A stretch of 63,849 bases of DNA, the filler included, from Choristocarpus tenellus KU-1152 (taxonomy: Eukaryota; Protista; Phaeophyceae): the NCBI GenBank assembly GCA_964200185.2. It is 11 parts of 11 records of this genome, joined end to end, with 100 filler letters (N's around TTAATTAATTAA, not from the genome) between each part and the next. Parts side by side here need not be neighbours in the genome. Positions count along the whole stretch, not along the records: positions 44,858 to 56,210 come from CAXNAD020002373.1; positions 56,311 to 59,398 come from CAXNAD020022405.1; positions 59,499 to 63,849 come from CAXNAD020014974.1; 8 more parts are not named here. The stretch is one strand, 5' to 3'. Positions 47,888 to 59,599 of the stretch are shown in pieces (position 1 is the stretch's first letter; each line of letters opens with the position of its first letter). A model generated the notes under the pieces. The model was not told the DNA's origin. It saw nothing but the letters and a program-made list of their open reading frames with translations, and made no database searches. The position numbers and the translations under genes are program-made.

Positions 47888-50800
47888 GAGGAAGCGGCTA
47901 ATGCATCGGGCGAGTAGAGAAGTTGATTTGGATAGAAGACACATGGCGAGAGAGGGGGACAGGAGTCGTACAGATAATGGAGAACATGTACAGAGAGATG
48001 GGTATGGGGGGCAGTGAAGGTATACAGATATCTTGAGGAGCAGAAAGGGGGTACCCATTCAAGGCGTGCATGGGATTACGTCGGGATGAGGGTGTGGTGA
48101 CAGGGTTGGAAATAGAAATGCACTGGAAGTGCTATGTACCATCATTTGACCAGGGATGAGGCAGGGGCAGAAAACAAGGAAAGGTACAAACGTGAGATCA
48201 TTCCGTTGCGCTATGCAACTAAGGCATCCATATTTCCATCTTGAACTGAATATTACTTGTTTCTTTCTTGCTGATAAGGTGCAGCAGATTATTTTCAAGA
48301 AGGTAGGGGTGAGTTTTGGAATACAAAGTACTCTGTGCATATCTGTCGAAACCTTTTGATATCAGTAGCCCCCACCAGCCCTCTTTCAGTGTTGATTCAG
48401 CCAGTAGATATGCCAAGTTGATTTGAATTTGCATACAAACCTGTGTATGTCATTGAATTATCCTAGCAGAAGGCCACTACCAGAGTGATGGTTTCCCTCT
48501 CCCCACCCTCTTGCAGTTTTGATTTGACCAGTAAATACGCCTGGTCACTTTGAATTCAAGCTCTAAGCTGTCATGTCATTGAAGTATCCTAGAAGATATC
48601 TTCCAGATTGAAGGGTGCCCCCACCTCACCCACCCACCCTTCTATTTTTGGTGTTGATCCAACCAGCTGATACACCAAGTCATTTTGAATTTTTTTGTAC
48701 CAAGGCATGTACTCAAAGTTTCCTTCCTTAGAAGGCCACTGACGTAGATATATTGTGTTGTTGATTTTCCTTAATTTTTGTGTTGTACGATGTCAATTTT
48801 TTTTCTTGTGGAAGTGCAGCTCACTGTGTAGATTTGGATATTTTACTGTAGTCAATACCACCTTTGGTTCAGTTCTTGGGTTCGTGCTCTTTACCACACC
48901 ACAGCTCCTTCCTGATACTCCCAATATGTGTGTGTGGTGTATAGCTTCTCATTATTCATAGGGTAATTGCTGCCATAACATGAATCAGGACTCAATTGTC
49001 TTTTGTTCAAGGTTGTGTTCCTAGCAAAGAAAAATAAATGTCGGTTCTACTTGGTCACAAAGTCTTGAGAAATTCTAAGAATGCAACAAATTTTTCTTGC
49101 TGTAGTGACAAGGAGCGGTCATTGTGTCTATGCAAAAGCCTTTTGGGGGTGGGTATCAGCAAAGACTTCTAACATTCAAAGAGTTTTTTTATTGAAGATA
49201 AATTGTGATCCAACTGGGTTTTTCTCAATGCTGGCTCTAACCAGTAAAAAACTTTTCCGACAAATGCATCCGGTAGAGCGCAGTTGATGTTGTACAACAC
49301 GGCAACAAGGCGACCACCATGGAAGTGCCATTTTGCTTTATGAGAGTCACACCACAGGTTTGCGCCAGACTTTTATGGAGAATTCAACTGTCAGAAATTC
49401 TGTGCTTTTGATTCCGTAGGAATGGACGCCTTACTCGTTTCATACAGTTTGCAGTTTTGATCTGCTGGAAGGAGTCACTTGTGCAACCACAGAGTGATGC
49501 CTTCCATGAGTTGGCCGCAAACTGCCACTATTATTGGTGATGCCAATAGAGGTCGATCCCACAGTAGTTGGCTGTTTTTTTGCATGTATGTTTTTTTATC
49601 CCTTTTAAGGCTGCTCGAGAGGGACATGGGTGACGAGAAGCCATGTGGGGAAATCTTGCAGTCTGGTGAGAATGAAAGAGCTAACTGAGAAACAGATACA
49701 CCCGGTTCCATCTTCTAAGGTGTACTTATCTTTTTCACCTTGCAGTGGTGTACATGGCGCCAATCGTTGTGTGAAGACCTGTGTGTGTATCTCCGCAGAG
49801 AGGCAATAATCTTACCGCTTCAACTAAGCTTGATCAAACAATCGTCTAATGAAGCATACTTGATTTGAAGTTTTTGTCTAGGGTTTGAACACGCATGTTG
49901 TGGGAGCTTGGGGAAAGATGGCGCAATCCGTATGTTGTACTGACCTCATTTCCTGTGTGGTGGCCTTCTACATAATAGGGTAACCGTCCCAGTAGTGCAG
50001 AACCAGAGAATGATCAAGTCTTCCTGTTTGGGAAATAATTTCAATTGCATCTGATGGAAATTATAGACAAATAATAAAATGGATATGTATCATAGAAACT
50101 TTGTGAAGTAAATGGTCAGTCCAATCAGTTACACCTCTCCAAGAAACAAATTTGTAGGGTACCACCCCCATGAGCTCAACTCCAACAAACTCCGAGCGCC
50201 TCCAGTCATACACTCTTTTCATGTTGAGAATAGAACAGGACGCACTTGGAAGTATTGACAAAGTACGGTAGGTTTCTCAGTACCTGTCGTGTGTTTTGCC
50301 CTTTTGCACAGACCTCTTCTTGAAGAGTAATACTGGGTCTGGTCTTGCCAGACCTCATTTTTTGCTCTCTCCTTATGTACTACCTCTGCCAATTTGTTCG
50401 TCACATCTTCGTTAAGGTTCCTTGTGCCCCAATCCATCTGACGCCCCCTTCATATTATGTCTCTGTTATGGGTGACCTAAATCTAGAAACGAGTAAACTT
50501 GAGAGCAAGAATGCGTTGGGTAGTTGTTTACATACAAGAGCACAGTTAGTTCTGTGCGTTAAACCAAGAGGTAGGCAGAGTTGCATTTTAACGATTCTGG
50601 GCAAGGAGAAAAGAACATTCATTCGCTGAATTGTGGCGTCACCTTGAGTGTGGAAAGGAGAAATATCAATTTTGCGTACACTATTATGCACATAAAACGA
50701 TGAAACAGAGTGTATTGCACAAGGTAAGAAAGAGTGCTTGGAATGGAAATGGGTTCAAACCTGCCTACCTCTCAATTGGCCACGCCATTCTCGCCCACTT

Positions 50801-51344
50801 TACGATCAACACGATTACGAGAGTAATTAAAAACTGAGATGCCAATCCATGTTGGGTTTCTTCAAGTTTTATAAACAGTAATGTGGGTCAGTGTTTAAGG
50901 TGGTGGCTATAACCATAAGAAGTTTAGTGCGTCCAAACACCTTCGACGCCACACTTCCTTTCACAGAGGGAAAAAAATTCCAGTAACCTGAGTTTTGTAG
51001 GCGTGAGAATTCGCATCGTAGATTGGTAAGCCAGGTGAAATATTGAAAAGAAAAAAAAAAAGTAGGGAGGGTAGACGAAAGGGTTAATTGGTGAAGAGCC
51101 TCAAAGCAGACTGGGTATCCGAGAAGCTGAGAGAAAGTAAATGGATGATAGGGAGTGACTCGGAAGAAAGGGACAGAATGAAGTCAAAGGTGGGGGTAGG
51201 AGAACGGCAAGGAGGGACAGGATCAAGAATATTTCTGAGCAATCTTTCCCACCCCCCCACCTACTTAATTACTCACGATTGAGTGGGATGTTGGGAAGTC
51301 AAGCTCGGACAGGGCAGACCTGGTCATTGGATACGAGTGACGGA

Positions 51345-51657
51345 GATTGGCCACACTGGTGTGGTTGATGACTGGACTGTTTGGTGACTGGACACCAGTG
51401 GCGAAAATTGGTTTGATTGATTGTTCATGGGATACCAGTGGCAGCAACTAACTGGACGACTAAGTTGATGACTGGTTTGTTTCGGTGACTGGAAACCAGT
51501 CGCGAAAATTGGTCGCACTACGTGGTGACTGATATTCTTGGTGACCGGGAAACCAATTGACGAAATTGGTCACATTGGTTGGTCAAAAGATACCAGTGGC
51601 AAATATTGGCTCGACTGGTTGATGACTGGAACGACAGTGGCGTAAAATTGTAGCACT
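51345..51657. repeat. Degenerate tandem repeat with a GACTGG-N3-CCAGTGGCGAAAATTGG core
   Basis: About 5-6 imperfect copies. Confidence 0.6.
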
Positions 51658-54600
51658 GCTTTGTGTCTTCATATCATAAGCAGAAAGTGACCGCGTAGTT
51701 GGTGTGATGATGAAGTGATAGTTTGATAGTGTGGTATAGGGTGATTGGGACAACGTCAGTTGAGGGGAGTGGAGTGGACAACAAATAATTCAGAATTCGT
51801 GAGCAAAGCAAAATCTGGTTTCGATTATCCTACTCCATGTCATAACCACAACGTAGGTACACCTGTACTACTATCCTTTCTGTGCCATGCCACAAAAATA
51901 CCGGTCCAAGATAAAGGTGGAGATGTTCGAGGAGAGTCCAGAACAAATGTTGTGGCGAGGAGATGGAGCGACGAGGGGTAGGAGTGCTGAACCTAATGTG
52001 CGAAAATCAACGCAGGAACAGGTGTGTACAATTGTAAAAGTTTATTAGTAGTGTAAGAAATATAGACCATATTGTGTAGTGTTACTAACCACATCTGAGG
52101 ATTTTTTTGCAATCTGAAAAAATAATAAACATATTTTGTAGATCATTATTGGAAGGAACACAACGGTTTTGTGGAAGTTGTTTTCCATTTGCTCTTCGCA
52201 AGTAATCAAAACACAGATCATTGAAGGGTATTTGCCTATGATTGTACCCGATGCCACAGACTGGGCAGACAAGTATATGTTGGAGACATTTGACTTGATT
52301 TGCACCTCCCATTCTGGGTAACCGATGTTTGTTAGCATTCTGGCACTGTTTGCCCCTCTGTTCATTCTCAATGTGCCCAATGTGACAAGGTTGGACAAAA
52401 GGTGACAGGAAGTGTCATTGTAGGCAATCTTATCAAGGAACCCACTCTTCCGGCTTGCTTCCTGCCACTTAAAGTGGGCAAGGTGAGATTGTCGTTCAAG
52501 ATCTACATAGGTACATGGAGGTGAGGACTTCCCTTCGTCGGATCTTCTGACTTGAGAAATCCATTGTGGATTGAGGTGAGGGAGACAAGCGACGAAGGTG
52601 AGAGTGTGGCCTGCGCTCAAGTTTTTGTCGCTGTATTCGTATCCATTTGTGCTTCAGACGAACTTATAGCAAAGGTTCTCTTTCTTGCTTTCATTGGTGT
52701 CCCTTGCAACAATATCTCTATGTTGTTCGTTCTAGGACGGGATATTACAATTCAAATCTTAACGGTTTGAGGACACAGTTTCACCTGTATGTAGAATTAC
52801 ATACACTAAGTCAAATCTGTTGCAACAATGCTGTCGAGCGATAATCCTGTCGACAATTCCTTCATCTCACTTCCAACAACCATAATGGCCTACTGACAAC
52901 CTTTTCTATGCCCAGGATGGGGTACTGCAGGGCACGATGATGTGAAGGGGTAACAGAGGGAGACTGCGCCAGGGGAGAAAGAGGAAGGGAAGCTCTGCCA
53001 GATAGTACGAACCACGCTCCAGCAGCCCCAGGAGCAAAGAAGCAATGAGGTTTGTGTGCCTGGGTGAACACGTGGGGTCTGTGTTTGAGGCAGGAGAGCA
53101 TCTGCCACTAATTATCTACGGATGGTGCTTCAGGGGTCGCAGGGGGGAGGGCAGAAGGGGGGGGCAGTATGGACTGCTCCTGAAGAAAAAGCGGAAGATC
53201 TTCACCAGGTAGCAGACATATTGCTCCAGGTGAACCATTAGGAAATGGTAAAGGGAGGGGCTGTGGCTGCATGTGAAAATTTTGATTTTCGAGCTCAAAA
53301 CATAGATGTGTACCTCGCAGGCTTGGTTCTCCAGCTGCATCAAGAGGAATGGTGAAGGGGGAGGATGTGCGGGGGTAGCAAGGATTTGCTGTGCCTGAGT
53401 AGAAGGAGTGGGCTGACCAGGGGGGTTAGTGGTTGCCTGTGCAGAATTTGTTGATAATGCTGAAACATACGATGTCTATGTGTGGGGTGTGTGTAGAATT
53501 TTGAACTTGAAAGTGGCTGAACAGGAAATTCAGAGTTGTGAAAGAGGCATCACAGGCTGTGTGTTCCTTCCAGAAAGCATCAAACAAAGCACATTCTGAG
53601 TCAACCATCACCTCCAAAATGCTAAGCAAAAAATGGTTGGAGTGCAGGTGGAAAAGAAGGCAGGGGGTGTTTGATGATAGTTACAGATATCCACTGCTCC
53701 ACGTGTAGAGATAGCTACTAATAGATAACCCTATGAATGATAAAAACCCAATTTCACTTATACAATGCACATGCCCTTCCGAGAGGTAACCTTTGAATAT
53801 ATACATCTTAATCTGCAACCAGAGGGAAAGAAATGGGATTGAGGTCTGTCGGTGGTACCTATGATGTTACTACTCTGCAAGCAGTTGGTGATGGTGCTTC
53901 AGGTATACCTTGCACTGTCAGCAATAAGTGCCCATACTATCCCACTAATCTCCATTCTTAGTTGATGGAGATGAGGATCTCCTGGACTAGCAGTAGTGTG
54001 CAGCAAATCAAAAAGACAGTTCTATTTCGCGTTCCCTGAGGTACAACTATTTTGCCTGAAAATATACTAATCGCTGCCCATTTATCAATACTCCACATGC
54101 ACAATGTGCAACAGCTACTTCCATCTAATATCTCTTTCAATAGGCACAGCCTGATCCTTCAAACACGTACAGCTGGTAAAGTGCAATAATAGAAGGAACT
54201 TGAAGTGGGTAGAGGTATCATCATCAAGACAGCAACCAAGCGCTTGGAGGACTTTCAGCAACTACCAAATAAGTATTGTGCAGCTATATAGAGTGGCGTA
54301 CATCCTGCAGGAGTAGGGTAAAAGATGGCTAGAGATGTGAATCAATACAACCTGTTACGAGTACATTTCATATGTGTATGCATAGGTACACGTGCGCCAA
54401 AGAATAATTTCACTATTCCAAATATTTCGGTTTCATTATATATATATATATTTGATGTAACTGTCACGATTCATAACTGTAATGACAGAACAGTACAACG
54501 ACAAATCAAGCAGAGCACTCACAGCAAGAAAAGGTTAAGGCTTACGCGCGCCTCCTGTTTACGAAAATATGCCACCTACTTTTTAGCAAACTGGAGGAAA

Positions 54601-56098
54601 ATGAAATGACGCCTTCTTATTTTTTTTGTGCAAATGAATCCTTACCGTTTCCAACGTTTATAATTACCATGTACTTTTCCAACTGAGGTTGAAAAAAAAA
54701 CTTGTTTTGAGTGATAGACGAAAGGAGTATGCATTCAATATTTTTTTGTTTGAAGGGGGTAGAACATGGACCGAATTAAGTTGACTCCTGATCTGTAGGG
54801 AAGGGTCAAGCAATATGGGTTCAATGTTCAGCAAGACGTAAAACTTGAACCCCCTTTGGTCAAAGGCACGAGTTTACATACGCCCCAGTCCATCTCCTAT
54901 TCTGAACAAGTACCCTTTTCACCCCTAAGAGACCCATAATAGTGCCCGGTAAGGACCATTTGAATATCTACATCAAAGAACACCTTCCCTGATCTCGACA
55001 AAATGCTGCAGAATCCATGTGGTGGACAGGTTGGCAGTGCGTTTCTCAATATCGTGATAAGACTTCAGCGTTTGCTCATTTGAAAATTGAATAGTCAGTC
55101 AATGAAGATTCGTCGATCCTGCTGGGTAAATTCAAAGGAGAACAACTTATGGCGACACTGTTGACGATGAAGTGTTTTCTTTTCCATCTTAATTTCAAAC
55201 AACTTTACTAATGTAGACCCTACGATGGTATGGCCATATAGGTTAACCTAGGGATAAGAGATCAAGTGGGCTAATGTAATGCGCAGGCAGGTCTGGAGGG
55301 TGTAGGATCTCGAACAAGACTTTCTGCCCCTTCTTTTCACATCTCAAAAATTTCATGTTTACTTCGTGGACAGAACTTTTTTTTTTGTAAATATCAGACA
55401 ACAAGAACAACAGCAGGCTATCGGGATGCCATCTCTCCCTGCACATCACTATGAGCTGAAGAATCCGCAAAGAAATTTCTGAAAGCAAGATCTGCTTCCC
55501 ATCGAAGAGGTGCATGAAAAAGGTACGTCTCGAGACATCACGAAACAGTTGAATACACAAGTCCAGTTCTTGTACCCCTTTTCTTTATTTTTGGTTCAAA
55601 TTTGCAGTTGTATATCGGGGGTCGGTAGAGCTTTCGGTGTCAGAGCGGATTACAATTGCTTACCACGGCTTTTTTTTATTTATTGGATGCACTACACAGG
55701 GGGTGCCTTAATGTAAGCCTTAACCCTAATCCTAATCTTAACCGTCGAGAGCGCCTCCCTAGCCCATCCAATACGTCAAAAAAAAGTTCCAGCAAATGAT
55801 CCAACCCACTCCAGCATGAAAAATTTTACCAGATTCCAGGGGAATACCTCCACCCCTTGAAAAACATTTAAATCAATAGTTTTACATTGTACTAATTCAA
55901 CAGATCTATTTTGTAATAATCCCTGCAAAATTATTTTTATGTATTTGAAAGCGGCATCACCGCAGGAAGTGTAATTGCTCGATTCGTACCCCAATGACTG
56001 CAGCAGCGGGCATTGGGTGGGGTTTTGTGTTCCATTTCTCATGGTGCTGTGCATCACCTCGCATTTTTTAAGACCACAGCTTTTTTTTCACTTCAGTG

Positions 56099-56210
56099 AG
56101 CTCAAACTATCAGGGGAGGGGGGGGGGGGGGGGGGGGCCACTGTCCCTTCGGGGGGCGGGTTTCCTTTTTACAATTTTTGGTTGTTTTTTTTTCAGCTCC
56201 GAAGAGCACA
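56099..56210. mobile_element. Family-A MITE start, truncated
   Basis: AGCTCAAACTATCAGGGG followed by poly-G. Confidence 0.55.
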
Positions 56211-56310
56211 NNNNNNNNNNNNNNNNNNNNNNNNNNNNNNNNNNNNNNNNNNNNTTAATTAATTAANNNNNNNNNNNNNNNNNNNNNNNNNNNNNNNNNN
56301 NNNNNNNNNN

Positions 56311-56395
56311 TGTAAGCGCTCATTTCCTTGTATAGGCCAAAAAAAAACCCCGTGCTCAGGCCCCCCCCCCCCCCCCCCCCAAGATACTTTAAGCC
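56311..56395. mobile_element. Family-A MITE end, truncated
   Basis: Poly-C followed by AAGATACTTTAAGCC. Confidence 0.6.
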
Positions 56396-56397
56396 TT

Positions 56398-56620
56398 GAG
56401 CCAAACCAATTGAGAGGTAGGCAGGTTTGGCCCCATTTGTATTCTAAACCATATTTCTTACCCTGTGCAATACACTCCATTTAATTGCTTCATGTGCACG
56501 ATAGTGTACGCTACATTGATGTTCTCCCTTTCCACACACAATTGCACAAAATTACATTTTTTTTTCTTTTTTCGGGACCTTTAAAATACAACCCTACCTA
56601 CCTCTCAGTTGATTTGACTC
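56398..56620. mobile_element. Family-D MITE (223 bp)
   Basis: TIR GAGCCAAACCAATTGAGAGGTAGGCAGG / CCTACCTACCTCTCAGTTGATTTGACTC; related ends occur at ~30640-30688 and ~50740-50780. Confidence 0.8.
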
Positions 56621-56991
56621 CTTACCTACTCTACACCCTAGCAACCATTTACTCCCACTGGTTGCAGACATCATCACTCCACAAGTCGCGGTCATCAAGC
56701 CTCGCTTCGCTATCAATCTACAAGCTCGAGGACTGGAGCCCTGCATATTCTATCACGAAAATGAAGTAAAATGCTGGAAGGCGTTTAGATTTTGAATATT
56801 TATTGACTAATTTGTCAACATTCTAGATGATTCAACGCCAGGGGTCGGAGAAACCCTTCATCACATGCTGACATCGTGTCCACACCCTTGGGTATGATCA
56901 ATTGATCAAAGTTTTAACCTTCCTGTTAACTAATTAGAAAGGACCTGGTACTGACACCTTGTAAGGCATACGTTTCCTGCTGCATCCGAAG

Positions 56992-58394
56992 ATGTCTGTA
57001 GAAGACGGTCTGACACCCTTACTTGGTGGTGATAGAGAATATGGGCGCAATGGAAAGCTCCCTGGCAGCACGAAATATACAGTCCTGACAGTATTCCTAT
57101 GCGCTTTATGTGTTGTGGACGTATTCATCAGCGCAGTTTGCTGTACTGGTGGCTTTGGGGAGGGATGGCGAGAATATCTTGGTGAGGTTTCGGGGGTCTT
57201 CTACAAACAGATGCAGTGTGTGCTTTTTTAGATTTTGCAGATTTATTCGAGTTTCGATTGTTGAAAGTAATGGGATATTTTGTGACCCCCGCTAGCTCAG
57301 TCAGGGATAGCAAGGATGGAGGTACCTTGGTCAGGGTCGCACACCGTTGCATCCTCCCAACCACTGTCCTCTGTGTAGGTATCTCCACATCCCCAACAGC
57401 AATCCAAGTGCATCGTAGATGTAGGACTCGAATGAGAAGATGAGTGTAAGGAGTACCTATTATTAGTACGTTTCTAATCAGGTGGGCACCTAGTGACGTA
57501 AACTTCTCGTGATGCAAAAATATAAGATTCGGTAGTGAGCTACAAACTTGTACCTTCGCTTAAAAAGGCACTCAATTTTAAGGTACTGGAGGTACAAAGA
57601 GTTGCGTAAGGTCATTTTCTTCTTGGTATCATCTGAACTCTGTGCACCATGGGGGAGATCCAGACTGGCATGATTTGACACATGGACATGGGGTTGAGCT
57701 CGCAATGAGGAATGCTTCAGGGGTTGAGCGTCGGTTTGATTTTGTTCTCCTGTACTGGAACAGGACCAGGATGAATGACCAACTCTGAGACGTACGTTCC
57801 ACTATATAGTGCCTTACGAATCGCGTTCCAGAAGTCACTGAATTTTGAATATTGTAGGGATTACAGTGATTCGATAAGGCCAATCCATGGGCATATTTCT
57901 GTTGGTATGCCATTCGAGGAGATGATAGGTCTGACATAAGTTGGTTGTTCAAATGAAAGACTGAAGATTTTTGCTCCGTAGGTAAGGGGGATTGAACATG
58001 ATGTGGGACTGGTCGAAGCGAATAAGATAACGGTCGGTTAAGTAGCCGGTAAGGAGAAAGTAGGAGGTACACATTCAATCAAGTAGCAGTATGAGCAGGA
58101 GACCTTACTGGGAGCCACTGTAAGGAATCAACTGTGTCCTCAGCTTCTTGAAGCTGCATCTTTTCCTCTGATTCCTGTAATTGTGGTCTTTCATCATCAT
58201 CGCGTTTCTTAACACCTTCAAATTTTCAGCTCCCAGTAAGACGAAAAGGCCAGAAGAACCCATCAACAGGGTGCTTGTAGGGACGATTTTGGCACAGCAC
58301 TCGCAGCAATTACGTCAGACGCAGCACCTGAGAACACTGCTGTCAGTTGTGTTCCAATTCTCATGTTTTGAAGACGCAACACTCACTGTTTAAA

Positions 58395-58436
<42 letters not shown>

Positions 58437-58962
58437 CTGTTTCTGTTGATCACGTCTGACTTGGTGTATCTCCTGTCTTGGAAAGGCCTTGGGGAAGGCA
58501 CGTATCCATTTGAGTCTGCTGGGCTCGATATTCTCATCTTTTCGGTGGTCCGATCGATTTTCACGACAGTGACATCTCTTTCCTACCACTTGGCTCTTAG
58601 GAGACACAGCCTTGGGTCCCTTTCGACGTCGTCGTACACCCCTACCCCCTCGCTGTCCCTGCAACAGCAGCACCCTGAAGGGGACGCACTGAGGGATGAG
58701 GTGAAACCCAAGGCAAGGAATGATGATGGGGGGGAAGAATCGGGAAATGGAGATCCTGATCGCCCACCAAGCTGGGTAAAGTTGTTGTCTGTGGTGTGTC
58801 AAATGATGTCACCGCTCACCTTGATGTTGTTGATTGGCAAGTGCTTGACCAGGCTTATGTCCATTGAGGTTCAGCACCGGCTGGGGCTGCATACGGATTG
58901 GTTTTGGATGGCAGTGGGCTGGAGCGTTCTTATGGCGCTCGGGTGGTACTCGCTGGTATCAG
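56992..58962 (+). CDS. N-terminal TMD0 of an ABCB9/TAPL-like half ABC transporter; exons 56992-57181 and 58486-58962; remainder missing
   Basis: Four hydrophobic segments: LCALCVVDVFISAV..FESAGLDILIFSVVRSIF..LLIGKCLTRL..DWFWMAVGWSVLMALGWYSL. They are collinear with TAPL TMD0 (SVDI..FDSVLDL..RS..VKLL..PWFWALFVW). No ABC core is present in the window. Confidence 0.6.
58396..58433. repeat. (CT)n microsatellite
   Basis: Visible directly in the sequence. Confidence 0.9.
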
Positions 58963-59599
58963 GTTTGTACGTCCTCCCCTTCTGAGTCTACTTCACAGAA
59001 CTACGCTGGTGTCTTGCTGTGTATTTCCCGATATCATGTGTTTCTTCTCAAGCATCTCAATATTCCCAAGGGACAACTAACTGGTAGTGTTGGTAGTTCT
59101 AGTGAAGGGTGGGAGGCAACCTGGGACCTTGAAAAATTCTGGTACTTTTTGAGATTAAATCTTGGGGGCTCTGTGGAACCATAATGTGAGGAGGCTTACC
59201 CCAGCTATGCTCACTACTACTCGTGTCTCGATCCTATCACCCTTTCACGACTTGAACGCACCCCTCTGATCGTGTATGTACAGTAGGACATTGCTAGGTG
59301 GGGGCAGACGCATCTGCTTGGACAAAGTTGTGTTCACACGGCGTACCCAGACAATACGAAAAAGTGAAACGGTGACTCGTCGGTTGGCATCGAAATAGNN
59401 NNNNNNNNNNNNNNNNNNNNNNNNNNNNNNNNNNNNNNNNNNTTAATTAATTAANNNNNNNNNNNNNNNNNNNNNNNNNNNNNNNNNNNNNNNNNNNNTC
59501 TTTGCCAATATTAACACTCTCCTTACAAAACATTCCTGGCGGCTCCTCTCCCCCTTCTTTCGCCCCCCCCCCCCCTGGGACTGAACCCTATCCACGCAG

